From an uncultured Acidobacteriota bacterium (GTDB lineage Bacteria > Acidobacteriota > Polarisedimenticolia > JACPZX01): a DNA stretch of 64,000 nucleotides. Below are positions 1-8,442 of this stretch, piece by piece. Each line of letters begins with the position of its first letter. Within the stretch, counting starts at the first letter, position 1. The notes beneath the pieces are model-generated. The model worked only from the letters and a program-made list of their open reading frames with translations. It did no database searches and was not told the DNA's origin. The translations under genes were made by a program, and so were the position numbers. The stretch spans positions 11,201 through 75,200 of the forward strand of contig CAYNUH010000004.1 of NCBI GenBank assembly GCA_964400605.1, written 5' to 3'.

Positions 1-1
1 C

Positions 2-454
2 CAGCTCGACGAAGCGAGCCAGCAGCTGAATGCCTTCGAGCAGGCATTCGAGTCCGGCGGGAAGGATCTCGAGAAGCTCGTGGCGGCGAAGGGGAAGGCC
101 GAGCGCGAGGCCCGGCACGGTTTGGCGACGGCGCTGAGGGAGCGCGTCCTGAAGCAGATCGCCGTGGCCGTGCGCGACGCGATGCGCGGCCAGGTCGTGC
201 TCTACGAGCGCCGACCGGAGAAGCCGTTGCCGGCCGAGGTCGCGGCGGCTCTGCGCGAGGCCGAGCAGATCTGCGGCATCGCCGACAAGCTCACCGGCGA
301 GAACAGCGGGATCATGCCGTTCGCGAAGCTCCTGGACGAGAGGCTGCGGTCCGTTCTGTACCCGCTCGTGGATTTCGCAGCGATTCGCCGCGAGGGCCGC
401 GGTGGGCGCCGCGGCTCGAAGTCTGAGGCCGAGCTGCTCAACGCCACGTTCTAA
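2..454 (+). CDS. Hypothetical protein, 5'-truncated
   Basis: Frame open from position 2 (QLDEASQQLNAFEQAF...) to TAA at 452-454; helical composition; no family recognised. Confidence 0.6.
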   Translation, partial: QLDEASQQLNAFEQAFESGGKDLEKLVAAKGKAEREARHGLATALRERVLKQIAVAVRDAMRGQVVLYERRPEKPLPAEVAAALREAEQICGIADKLTGENSGIMPFAKLLDERLRSVLYPLVDFAAIRREGRGGRRGSKSEAELLNATF

Positions 455-830
455 GGACTGCCGGCAAAGCGTCGGCGCGGCAGAGCTGGGGGCGGTTTCC
501 TCCTTGGCCGCACCCGGCGGTGAAGACGCCGGCGCAGCGGTAAGGAGGCGCGAGTCTCCATCGCCCGGGCGGCCGCGGCCCTTGTTGAGGGGCCTGAGCC
601 CGGGCAACCGCCCGCGCGCGCCGCGAGCTTCTGATAGCGGTGGGCGTCGTTGTGATCGAGGCCCTGATCCGCAAAGGTGCCCAATGACGCGATCTCAGGT
701 TTAGATCGCGTCGTGCCTCTCTTGGTTCCCTTGGCTCTGGCGCCCTTCGCCTTCGGCATCTCGCGGAGCAACTCCCCGGCGCGGTGCGGGCCTCCAGGAT
801 TCGCCAGGGCGGGAGATGTTGATCGAGGAC
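451..830 (-). pseudogene. Degenerate phage-type gene remnant
   Basis: RAGELLREMPKAKGAR...TFADQGLDHNDAHRYQKLAA resembles a common phage module (RRAGELL-EM-KAKG...TLADLGI---S-RWQKLA); upstream WRILEAR is one base out of frame. Confidence 0.4.
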
Positions 831-1080
831 GGCCCGTGACCCGTCCCGCGGATCATCTCCCGCGGTTCCGTCCAGGCTGGACGCGGGTTTCCGGGGATTG
901 CCCTTCGGCGGAGATCGGAGTATGATCCGGGTTGAAAGCGGGACCGCCGAGGGCAGGAACCCTCGACGGCCCCTGACCCGGACATGGAGAACGCCCATGA
1001 CCGAGCTGACGCCGATCCTACCACCCATCCCCACAGCTCGACTCGGCGCCCTCCGTGTCCTTCCGCTCAGGGAGGATGCG

Positions 1081-1824
1081 ATGCCACGAAAGAAACCGAG
1101 AACAGAGAGCCCCGGCCTCAGCGCCGCGACGTTCGAGACGATCATCCGCATCTGCAAGACGGGCGTCGAGACTGCGCTGCTCGAGAGCCGGCATCGGTTC
1201 GAGCGAAGCGAATCGGCGGCGCGCACCACCGTGGAGGCGCTCGAACGCCGATTCGAGATCGCCGAGGGCGCAGAGCGAAGGATCCGCACCTACGCGGCCG
1301 CGCTCCGCCTTGCCGGGCGGCCCGGGGAGGCCGCCGCGGCGCTGATTAACGTCCGGGATCTTCTCGCCGCCCCCTCCGCGCCCTCGCGCGCGGCGAGCAA
1401 GGGCCAGGTCGGGGAGGCGCTCAAGCTGATAGACGAGGCCCTCGCCGAGAAACAGGAGCCTCCCTTCGGAGGCCCGCACCCGAACCTGCCGGACCTGGTC
1501 CGCGAGGCGGTGAGGCTCGGGAAGATCCAAGCGGTGTTCAGGGCCAAGGACCTCGAGCGGGTGCTGGGGATCAAGAACGCCGGGCCGCTTCTGTCGGGCT
1601 ACGCGATGCGCAACCGGGCCGGCAACGCAGAGGTCTGGGAGCGAGTGCGCAAAGGGCGCTACCGGCTACCGGGTGAAGACGTGCAGGGGCAGCGTACCCA
1701 GGAGCTTCTTCGCGAGCTACTGCGGCGCACGGATGCCGCCGAGGGACGCGAAGGGGAAACCGCAGAGCGAGCCGCCGGAGCCGAGGAGACACAACCGGCC
1801 CCAGCGGGAGGGAGGACAACATGA
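1081..1824 (+). CDS. Hypothetical protein with probable C-terminal winged-helix DNA-binding domain
   Basis: GGAGG RBS before ATG 1081; FRAKDLERVLG...WERVRKGRYRL resembles a wHTH wing; stop overlaps integrase start (ATGA). Confidence 0.6.
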   Translation: MPRKKPRTESPGLSAATFETIIRICKTGVETALLESRHRFERSESAARTTVEALERRFEIAEGAERRIRTYAAALRLAGRPGEAAAALINVRDLLAAPSAPSRAASKGQVGEALKLIDEALAEKQEPPFGGPHPNLPDLVREAVRLGKIQAVFRAKDLERVLGIKNAGPLLSGYAMRNRAGNAEVWERVRKGRYRLPGEDVQGQRTQELLRELLRRTDAAEGREGETAERAAGAEETQPAPAGGRTT

Positions 1825-3056
1825 GCGAGACGACGCGCGAGGGCGAGGCGCCGCCTGAAGTGCAGACGTCTGGAAAGCGCGCGACATGGCACGGCGACGG
1901 CATCTACTCGAGGCCGCGCACCGACCGGGACAGGCGGCCCTACGCCGCCTTTTTCGTCCGCGCCTGGATCCCATCCGAGAAGCGCATCCGCGTGTTCAAG
2001 GCGGGGCGGACCCTCCGCTCGGCCGAGCGGTTGCGCCGGCGCATCCTGGCCGACCCGGAGCGGGCCGTCGAGAAGCGCCGTCGCCTCTCGGAGCAGACGC
2101 GCGAGGGTCTGACCGTGGCGCAGCTCTACAGGAGCTTCACGGCCGGCTACCGCGGGCGCGGCGGGACCGACTACTACGTGAACGTCCTGCGCCCCGTCGC
2201 TGCCGGCCTCGGAAGCGTGCGCGCGTCGGAGCTGACCGCGCAGGCGTTCGACGCCTACTTCCGCAAGCGCCGCTCGGAGCGCACGAGCGACGGCCGGCCG
2301 CGCGCCGGGGCCTCGACGATCCGGAAGGAGTGCATCGCGGCGGCCAAGATGTTCAAGTGGGCGCGCCAGCGCGGGCTCGTGACGGTGGACCCGCTGGCGG
2401 ACTACGAGAAGCCGAAGGAGCCCGCGGGCGCTCCCGCCCGGGCCCTCACCTTCGAGGAGGAAGATCGCCTCCTGGCGCTCCTACCGCCCCTCGAGCGTGA
2501 CGTGGTAGCCTGGGGGCTCGACTCGGCGATGCGCCGGGGGGAGATCCTGGCCCTCACCTGGCCGCGGATCGACCGGGCGGCCGGCGTGATCCACGTCGCG
2601 GGCACGAAGACCGGCAAGCTCCGCAGGGTGCCGCTGGACTTGAGCGACCGGCTTGAGGAAATCTTAGGGCGGCATCCGGAGCGCCTTCCGTTGAATCGCG
2701 TCAACCCGAAGACCGGGAAAGAGGAGAGAGTGATCGTGCCGGTCTTCCATGAACAGACGGGCGCGCCGCTCGACACGGATCGCCTCGACGGGCTCTTGGA
2801 AGGCGCGATGAAGGCGGCAGCGATCCCGAAGGTGCGGGGGGCTCTCTGGAACGTCCTCCGGAAGACGTGGATCAATCGGTTCTACGACGCCGGGGGGCTT
2901 CCTCAGAGGGAGGCCGACATCTGCGGCCACAGTCTCGCCGTCGCGGACAAGCACTACCGGGACCACGCGGGCACGACACGGCGGCAGGACGCCGGGATCA
3001 TGAACCGTCCGGCTACTGTAGCCAGGACTGTAGCCAGAAAAGCAGAGATCGCGTAA
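1821..3056 (+). CDS. Tyrosine recombinase/integrase
   Basis: MRRGEILALTW (R), GTKTGK (K), NVLRKT (HxxR box with H replaced by N), ICGHS...DKHY (H, Y); N-terminal arm-binding-like segment. Confidence 0.9.
   Translation: MSETTREGEAPPEVQTSGKRATWHGDGIYSRPRTDRDRRPYAAFFVRAWIPSEKRIRVFKAGRTLRSAERLRRRILADPERAVEKRRRLSEQTREGLTVAQLYRSFTAGYRGRGGTDYYVNVLRPVAAGLGSVRASELTAQAFDAYFRKRRSERTSDGRPRAGASTIRKECIAAAKMFKWARQRGLVTVDPLADYEKPKEPAGAPARALTFEEEDRLLALLPPLERDVVAWGLDSAMRRGEILALTWPRIDRAAGVIHVAGTKTGKLRRVPLDLSDRLEEILGRHPERLPLNRVNPKTGKEERVIVPVFHEQTGAPLDTDRLDGLLEGAMKAAAIPKVRGALWNVLRKTWINRFYDAGGLPQREADICGHSLAVADKHYRDHAGTTRRQDAGIMNRPATVARTVARKAEIA
3011..3037 (+). repeat. Candidate integrase arm-type binding sites
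   Basis: ACTGTAGCCAG at 3015-3025 and 3027-3037; overlapping inverted repeat GGCTAC-T-GTAGCC at 3011-3023. Confidence 0.6.
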
Positions 3057-3065
3057 CTCATTGAT

Positions 3066-3141
3066 GGGCCGTTAGCTCAGTCGGTAGAGCGTCTGCCTTT
3101 TAAGCAGAGGGTCGCAGGTTCGAATCCTGCACGGCTCACCA
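3066..3141 (+). tRNA. tRNA-Lys(UUU)
   Basis: 76-nt cloverleaf GGGCCGTTAGCTCAG...GGTTCGAATCC...CTCACCA; anticodon stem TCTGC/GCAGA, loop CTTTTAA. Confidence 0.97.
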
Positions 3142-3196
3142 AACCTCTCTCGCGGCTCGGGTTCGCCCTCTGAGGCAGGGCAGCATCCTCGCATCG

Positions 3197-4015
3197 TTGC
3201 GCAACCTCAAGCTCACCCTCGAGTACGACGGCACGCGATACAGCGGCTGGCAGGTGCAGAAAAACGCCCGCACCGTGGGAGGAGCCTTCGCGGAGGCGCT
3301 CTCCGCCGTGCTGAAGGAATCGCCGCAGGTCTTCGCCGCAGGGCGGACCGACGCCGGCGTTCACGCCATGGCCCAGGTGGTCTCCTTCCGCACGCGCACG
3401 GACCTCTCGCCGCGCGAGCTGAGGGAACGTCTCAACGACCGTCTCCCTAATGACATCACCGTGCTTGAGGTGGAGACGGTCCCGCTCTCCTTTCACGCCC
3501 GCCACGCCGCCCTGTCGCGCACCTACCGGTATCAGGTCTCGACGCGGCGCACGGCGTTCGCGAAGCGCTACGTCTGGTGGGTCCGCGCGCCAATAGACGG
3601 GACGATCCTCCGCGAGACGGCCGATCTGGCCTCCAAGGCCCGCGACTTTCGCTCCTTCGCTGAAGGGGGCGCCGGCGAGGAGGGGGACGCGCCGCGCGAG
3701 CGATCCACGCGCGTGACGATTAAGCAGGCTCTCTGGACCGAGGAGGACCCCCTGCTGGTGTTCCGGATCCGGGCCGACCGCTTCCTGTGGAAGATGGTGC
3801 GGCGCCTCGTGGGCGTGATGGTGGCGGCCGCGACGGGGCAGATCGAGCGCGATTCTCTGGCGCGCTGGCTCGCCGAGCCTTCGCGCGAGCCCGCGCGGTG
3901 GACCGCTCCTCCCTCGGGGCTGTTCCTCGAATCCGTGGAATACCCCCCGCACATGGCGGGGGCTGCCGCTGAGCACCGCGTGAGGGGAAGGGGCGCTCCG
4001 CGCAGGGCCGGCTGA
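3197..4015 (+). CDS. truA: tRNA pseudouridine(38-40) synthase
   Basis: LEYDGTRYSGWQ, AGRTDAGVHA, FHARHAA..RTYRY, FLWKMVR motifs; TTG start. Confidence 0.93.
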   Translation: MRNLKLTLEYDGTRYSGWQVQKNARTVGGAFAEALSAVLKESPQVFAAGRTDAGVHAMAQVVSFRTRTDLSPRELRERLNDRLPNDITVLEVETVPLSFHARHAALSRTYRYQVSTRRTAFAKRYVWWVRAPIDGTILRETADLASKARDFRSFAEGGAGEEGDAPRERSTRVTIKQALWTEEDPLLVFRIRADRFLWKMVRRLVGVMVAAATGQIERDSLARWLAEPSREPARWTAPPSGLFLESVEYPPHMAGAAAEHRVRGRGAPRRAG

Positions 4016-4058
4016 GCGCGCCTCTCAGGCCGCAGGCCCGGAGCGGAAGGGCCCGCCG

Positions 4059-5072
4059 CTAGGGTCCGGGCATCTCGCTCGCAATCCAGTCGGTCACCCG
4101 GCGCATCCCCTCCTCGAACCCCACGGCCGGCTGCCAGCCAAGACCCCGCCTGGCCTTGTCGATCGAGTAAGTGCAGCGGGCCGTCAGGAGCCTCAGTCCC
4201 ATCCGGCCCAGAGGCGGTCTGCGGCCCAGGAGGGGGAAGACCGCCTCCATGGCGATCACGAGCGGCCAGGCGGCCGCGGCGGGCACGGAGATCCGTGGTG
4301 CGGGGGTCCTCGCGGCTGCGGCCAGACGGTCGAGATAGACCTTCCATGTGACAGGCGCCCCGTCCGTGATCAGGTACGTCTGGCCGGCCGCAGCAGGGCT
4401 CTCGAGGCAGGCGGCCGCGGCGTCGGTGAGGTTGTCCACGTAGGTCAGGTTGATGAGGCCGCGGCCTCCGCCGATCAGGATCATTCTCCCCGCGCGCAGG
4501 GCCTGCACGAGCTTGATGACCCACTCGCCGGCCCTCGGTCCATACACGTCGCCCGGCCTCAGGATCGTGACCGCGAGGGCCCCTCTTTCATGAAGGCGCC
4601 GCAGAGCCTCCTCCGCCGCGATCTTGCTGTCGGCGTACGGGAGGCCGATGGAGCGGATGGCCGCGTCCTCGTCGATCCCGGACCGGGGGGGCATCCCGTG
4701 GACGGTGACGCTGCTGACGTAGATGAAACGCCTCACGCCGGCGCGAGCGGCGGCAGCGGCCAGCGTCTGCGTCCCGCCCGCGTTCACCTTCATGAACGCC
4801 TCCCGTGGAGCGGAGACGCCCATCAGCGCTGCGCAGTGGATGACGGCCGAAGGCCGCAGCGCTCGCAGCGCCTTCTCGCAGTCGGCGCTCGAAGTGACGT
4901 CGCCCTCGAGGACGGAGATGCGCGGATGTTCGAGGTGAGCCGCGGGCCGTCCCGGAAGGTCGAACGCTCCCACGGAGAGGCCCCGATCGGCGAAGCGGCG
5001 GGCCATCTCGCCTCCGATGAAGCCGGCGGCGCCGGTGATCAGAAGGCTCGGGGGGGAGGGATCCTCCAGCAT
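4059..5072 (-). CDS. NAD-dependent epimerase/dehydratase (extended SDR)
   Basis: ITGAAGFIG, YVSS, YADSK (YxxxK), LRPGDVYGP. Confidence 0.88.
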   Translation of the reverse strand: MLEDPSPPSLLITGAAGFIGGEMARRFADRGLSVGAFDLPGRPAAHLEHPRISVLEGDVTSSADCEKALRALRPSAVIHCAALMGVSAPREAFMKVNAGGTQTLAAAAARAGVRRFIYVSSVTVHGMPPRSGIDEDAAIRSIGLPYADSKIAAEEALRRLHERGALAVTILRPGDVYGPRAGEWVIKLVQALRAGRMILIGGGRGLINLTYVDNLTDAAAACLESPAAAGQTYLITDGAPVTWKVYLDRLAAAARTPAPRISVPAAAAWPLVIAMEAVFPLLGRRPPLGRMGLRLLTARCTYSIDKARRGLGWQPAVGFEEGMRRVTDWIASEMPGP

Positions 5073-5084
5073 GATGCGCGATGA

Positions 5085-5113
5085 TAGACGGAGGCGTCCT
5101 CCCGATCTAGAAT
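5085..5113 (+). promoter_or_regulatory. Sigma70-type promoter for tRNA-Glu
   Basis: TAGACG-N17-TAGAAT ending 25 nt upstream of the tRNA. Confidence 0.6.
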
Positions 5114-5138
5114 GCGGCTCCTCGCATCTCCCCTCCGG

Positions 5139-5216
5139 GTCCCCATCGTCTAGTCTGGCCTAGGACTCAGCCCTTTCAAGGCTGCAACACGGGTTCAAAT
5201 CCCGTTGGGGACGCCA
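5139..5216 (+). tRNA. tRNA-Glu(UUC)
   Basis: GTCCCCATCGTCTAG...GGTTCAAATCCC...GGGGACGCCA; anticodon stem CAGCC/GGCTG, loop CTTTCAA. Confidence 0.97.
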
Positions 5217-5333
5217 GACCTCGGCCTTCGCCACGATGGGGCGTGCGTCAGCGGGCGCCGCGAGGGCGGTTCCACCCGGAACCGCCGATGCGACAGGCGC
5301 TCTTGTGCCGTGCGCTGCTACCCTGTGGAGCCA

Positions 5334-7184
5334 ATGCGCGTCCATCCTCCCCCAGCGTTCCATCCGGTGACCCTCGCGGCGGCGGTCGCGTGTCTGGTGG
5401 CGGGGTCCGCCTGCGCAGCGGCCGTCCCGGACAACCCCGCCGCGCGCAGCCGTGCCACGGCGCCGGCCGCTGGCTCTGAGGGCCCGCCGCGACCGGCCTC
5501 AGGGCCGGTGCGCGTGGATCCTCCGGCGGGGCCCGGGGCGATGGGGTCGAATCTCTCCGTAGCGGAGGAGGGCGTCCTTCTGACCTGGATCGAACCCACG
5601 CCGCGCCCGGGGGCGAGAGAGCCGTCCCACGCGCTGCGGTTCGCGATCCTGAGGGAGGGTGCGTGGAGCGAGCCGCGCACCATCGCCACGGGGGAGGACT
5701 TCTTCGCCAACTGGGCCGACTTTCCTTCCATCGTCCGCGCGCGGGACGGCTCGCTTCTGGCGCACTGGCTCCAGAAGTCGGCTCCGGCCACGTATGCCTA
5801 CGACGTGCAGCTCGCCCGCTCCGTGGACGGCGGCGTCACGTGGGCTCGGCTCGGGCCGCTCAACGACGACGCCAAGCCCACCGAGCACGGGTTCGTCTCC
5901 CTGGTGGACGAGGAGACGGGCGTGCGCGCCTTCTGGCTTGACGGCCGGGACCTGGACGGCGGAGAGGAGGGCGCGGGACACGGCGGCGGCCACGGCAGTG
6001 GGGCGATGACGCTGCGAACGGCTCTCGTGACCGATACCGTCCGTGAGGGCTGGCGCCTCGACCCGAGCACCTGCGAGTGCTGCCAGACATCGGCGGCCAT
6101 GACGTCCGAGGGGCCCGTCGTCGTCTACCGCGACCGCGCCGAGGGGGAGATCCGCGACATCTCGATCGTGAGGCGGACGGCCCAGGGCTGGACCGACCCC
6201 CATCCCGTGCACGTGGATGGCTGGGAGGTGCCCGGGTGCCCCGTGAACGGCCCGGCGGTCGCGGCCGAGGGCCGCATCGTGGCCGTCGCCTGGCACACCG
6301 CGTCCGGCGGTCGGGCACGGGTCCTGGTGGCATTCTCCGGCGACGCGGGCGCCACGTTCGGGGAGCCGATCGAGGTGGACGCCGCCGATCCCCCGGGCCG
6401 CGTCGGCGTGGTGCTCGACGCCGGAGGGGACGCCATCGTGAGCTGGCTGGCCGCGCCGCCGGAGGAGCGCCCTCAACCCGCCGCATCGGCATCGGCCGAG
6501 GCCGCCGTGCGGGTGAGACGCGTCTCGGCCAGCGGTGCCGCGGCCGAGACGCTGACCGTGGCGTCGAGCACGCGCTCGCGCTCGAGCGGCTTCCCCCGAA
6601 TGGTCCGGGCGGGGGAGACACTCGTCATCGCCTGGACCGAGAGCGGTGAGGTGTCGCACGTGCGGGCCGCGTTGCTCGCGGCGGCCGACGTTCCGGCGGC
6701 GCGGGGAGCCGCCTCACCTCCTCGCGCGCCGCGCGCGCGGGCATGGGATGGCAAGCCCGGATCGTTGGCTCCCGACTACGCGGCGCCGACTCTGGATGGC
6801 GGCAGGCTCGCGCTCGCGGATCTGCGCGGGCAGCCCGTCCTGCTGAACCTCTGGGCCACCTGGTGCGCCCCCTGCCGTCAGGAGACGCCCGCCCTCATCA
6901 CGCTGCATCGCCGCTTCGCACCAAGGGGACTCCGCGTCGTCGGCGTGAGCGTGGACGAGAGAGCCGCCGCGAGCAGCGTGCGCGACTTCGTGGCGGAAAA
7001 CGCCCTGCCCTACGCGATCCTTCACGACGCGGACGACCGTGCCTCGGGTCTCTTCGGGGTCCCGGCGCTGCCGGGGAGCTTCCTGTTCAACCGCGCGGGC
7101 GTGCTCGTGTGGCGCCGGCTCGGCGCCTTGCGCGTGGACGATCCGGATCTCGCGAGGGCCATGGACGAGGTCCTCACGCCGTAG
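5334..7184 (+). CDS. Exported BNR/Asp-box beta-propeller protein fused to a TlpA-like thioredoxin
   Basis: Signal peptide; SVDGGVTW and SGDAGATF Asp-boxes; TCECC and GCPVNGP motifs; C-terminal NLWATWCAPC. Start uncertain. Confidence 0.75.
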   Translation: MRVHPPPAFHPVTLAAAVACLVAGSACAAAVPDNPAARSRATAPAAGSEGPPRPASGPVRVDPPAGPGAMGSNLSVAEEGVLLTWIEPTPRPGAREPSHALRFAILREGAWSEPRTIATGEDFFANWADFPSIVRARDGSLLAHWLQKSAPATYAYDVQLARSVDGGVTWARLGPLNDDAKPTEHGFVSLVDEETGVRAFWLDGRDLDGGEEGAGHGGGHGSGAMTLRTALVTDTVREGWRLDPSTCECCQTSAAMTSEGPVVVYRDRAEGEIRDISIVRRTAQGWTDPHPVHVDGWEVPGCPVNGPAVAAEGRIVAVAWHTASGGRARVLVAFSGDAGATFGEPIEVDAADPPGRVGVVLDAGGDAIVSWLAAPPEERPQPAASASAEAAVRVRRVSASGAAAETLTVASSTRSRSSGFPRMVRAGETLVIAWTESGEVSHVRAALLAAADVPAARGAASPPRAPRARAWDGKPGSLAPDYAAPTLDGGRLALADLRGQPVLLNLWATWCAPCRQETPALITLHRRFAPRGLRVVGVSVDERAAASSVRDFVAENALPYAILHDADDRASGLFGVPALPGSFLFNRAGVLVWRRLGALRVDDPDLARAMDEVLTP

Positions 7185-7208
7185 TCCTCCCAGGGCCGGC
7201 GCTCCGCC

Positions 7209-8333
7209 TCACGACGGCGGTGACGCCGTTTTCGGGATCTCCGCCCGAAGGGCCCGCGCCACCTCCCGCGCCGCGAGGCGGTAGCCCCCGGAGGAGGGAT
7301 GGTGGTCGAGGGGCATCAGGAAGAGTCTGCGGGCACGCGCCCCCGCGCGCTTGAAGGCGGGAAGGAGATCCACCACGGGGATGCTCGCCTCCGAGGCGAT
7401 CCGGGACATCCTGGCCTGGGCCTCCGCCGGGGCGCTCGCGACCACCTGCTCGTAGAACGGATAGAGCACGAGCACGACCCGGCAGCCGTGCCGGCGGCTG
7501 TCCTGATCGAGGCGCACCAGCTCGTCGCGGTATCTCTCGAAGAGGGCCTCCGTCCGCGCGTCGAAGGAGGACGTGAGGAGGTGCCGGATGGGGACCTCCT
7601 GGATCGTCGGATCGAGGCGCAGGCGCGCCATGACCGAGGCCTTGATGACCCATAGGAGGTTGTACGTGGCGGTCCTGCGCAGCAGATCCTTGATCGGCGT
7701 CAACGGCGACTCGCTCATCCTCCTCGCCTCGATTCGCTGATTGTCCCTCGATGAAACACGGCGCGTGAGATCGGCGAGATCGTTGAGGACGAATCCCACG
7801 ATCAGGGCGTCGGGGCCCAGAGAGAACCCCTTCTCTCGGGCGAGATCGGCCTCGTCAGTGATCGTGTAGCCGTTGACGCCGCCGTTGATCACTTCGATGG
7901 CGCGCCCCGGGAACTCCTGACGCAGCCTCTTCTCCAGCGCGGCCGGGAAGGTCTCGTCGTCGCTGAGGTAGTCGCCGAAGGTGTACGAGTCTCCCAGGCA
8001 GAGGATCCGATAGGCCCCGGCAGGTTTTTCGGCCGGGAACTCCCGCCCGCGGAAACCCAGTCCGTTGATCCGAATGCGGTGGGGGAGGCGGGGCCGGAAC
8101 CGATCGACGAAATCCTGGTTGGGTGCGAAGGGCCCGGGCCACCGTGCCCACATCTCCTCGTCGGGGTAGGCGAGCGTCTGGGTGGGGGCCAGCTCCGCGA
8201 GCCTCAACGTCGTCTCGATACAGATCAGCAGGAGAGAGGTCGAGAGGATGGAGAGGAGAATGTTCAGCCGCAGCGCCCGGAAGCGGCCGCCGGCCGGGGC
8301 CGCCGCAGGCGGCGACGCGGGAGACTCGGGCAC
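7209..8333 (-). CDS. SGNH/GDSL hydrolase family protein with N-terminal membrane anchor
   Basis: LGDSYTFG, NGGVNGY, GFVLND, DHHP motifs; N-terminal TM helix. Confidence 0.85.
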   Translation of the reverse strand: MPESPASPPAAAPAGGRFRALRLNILLSILSTSLLLICIETTLRLAELAPTQTLAYPDEEMWARWPGPFAPNQDFVDRFRPRLPHRIRINGLGFRGREFPAEKPAGAYRILCLGDSYTFGDYLSDDETFPAALEKRLRQEFPGRAIEVINGGVNGYTITDEADLAREKGFSLGPDALIVGFVLNDLADLTRRVSSRDNQRIEARRMSESPLTPIKDLLRRTATYNLLWVIKASVMARLRLDPTIQEVPIRHLLTSSFDARTEALFERYRDELVRLDQDSRRHGCRVVLVLYPFYEQVVASAPAEAQARMSRIASEASIPVVDLLPAFKRAGARARRLFLMPLDHHPSSGGYRLAAREVARALRAEIPKTASPPS

Positions 8334-8442
8334 GCTTCTCAGGCTCCGCCGCCCCCCGGCGCCGCGCCTCGACGCCGCGCGTGGCGTATCATGGCGCTTC
8401 GCGGCCGCCGCCGTACCGATGATCCGTAGGAGGCCTATCAGT

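Larger units (their letters stand above)
1..3065. mobile_element. End of an integrative element/prophage-like island; other boundary outside the window
   Basis: Tyrosine integrase with arm-site-like direct repeats in its 3' end abutting tRNA-Lys; neighbouring ORFs are hypothetical or phage-like. Confidence 0.7.

Noticed and set aside
7277-7286. GGCGGTAGCC as an ops site
   Set aside because: Inside a coding region, antisense to that gene and not in an operon leader.
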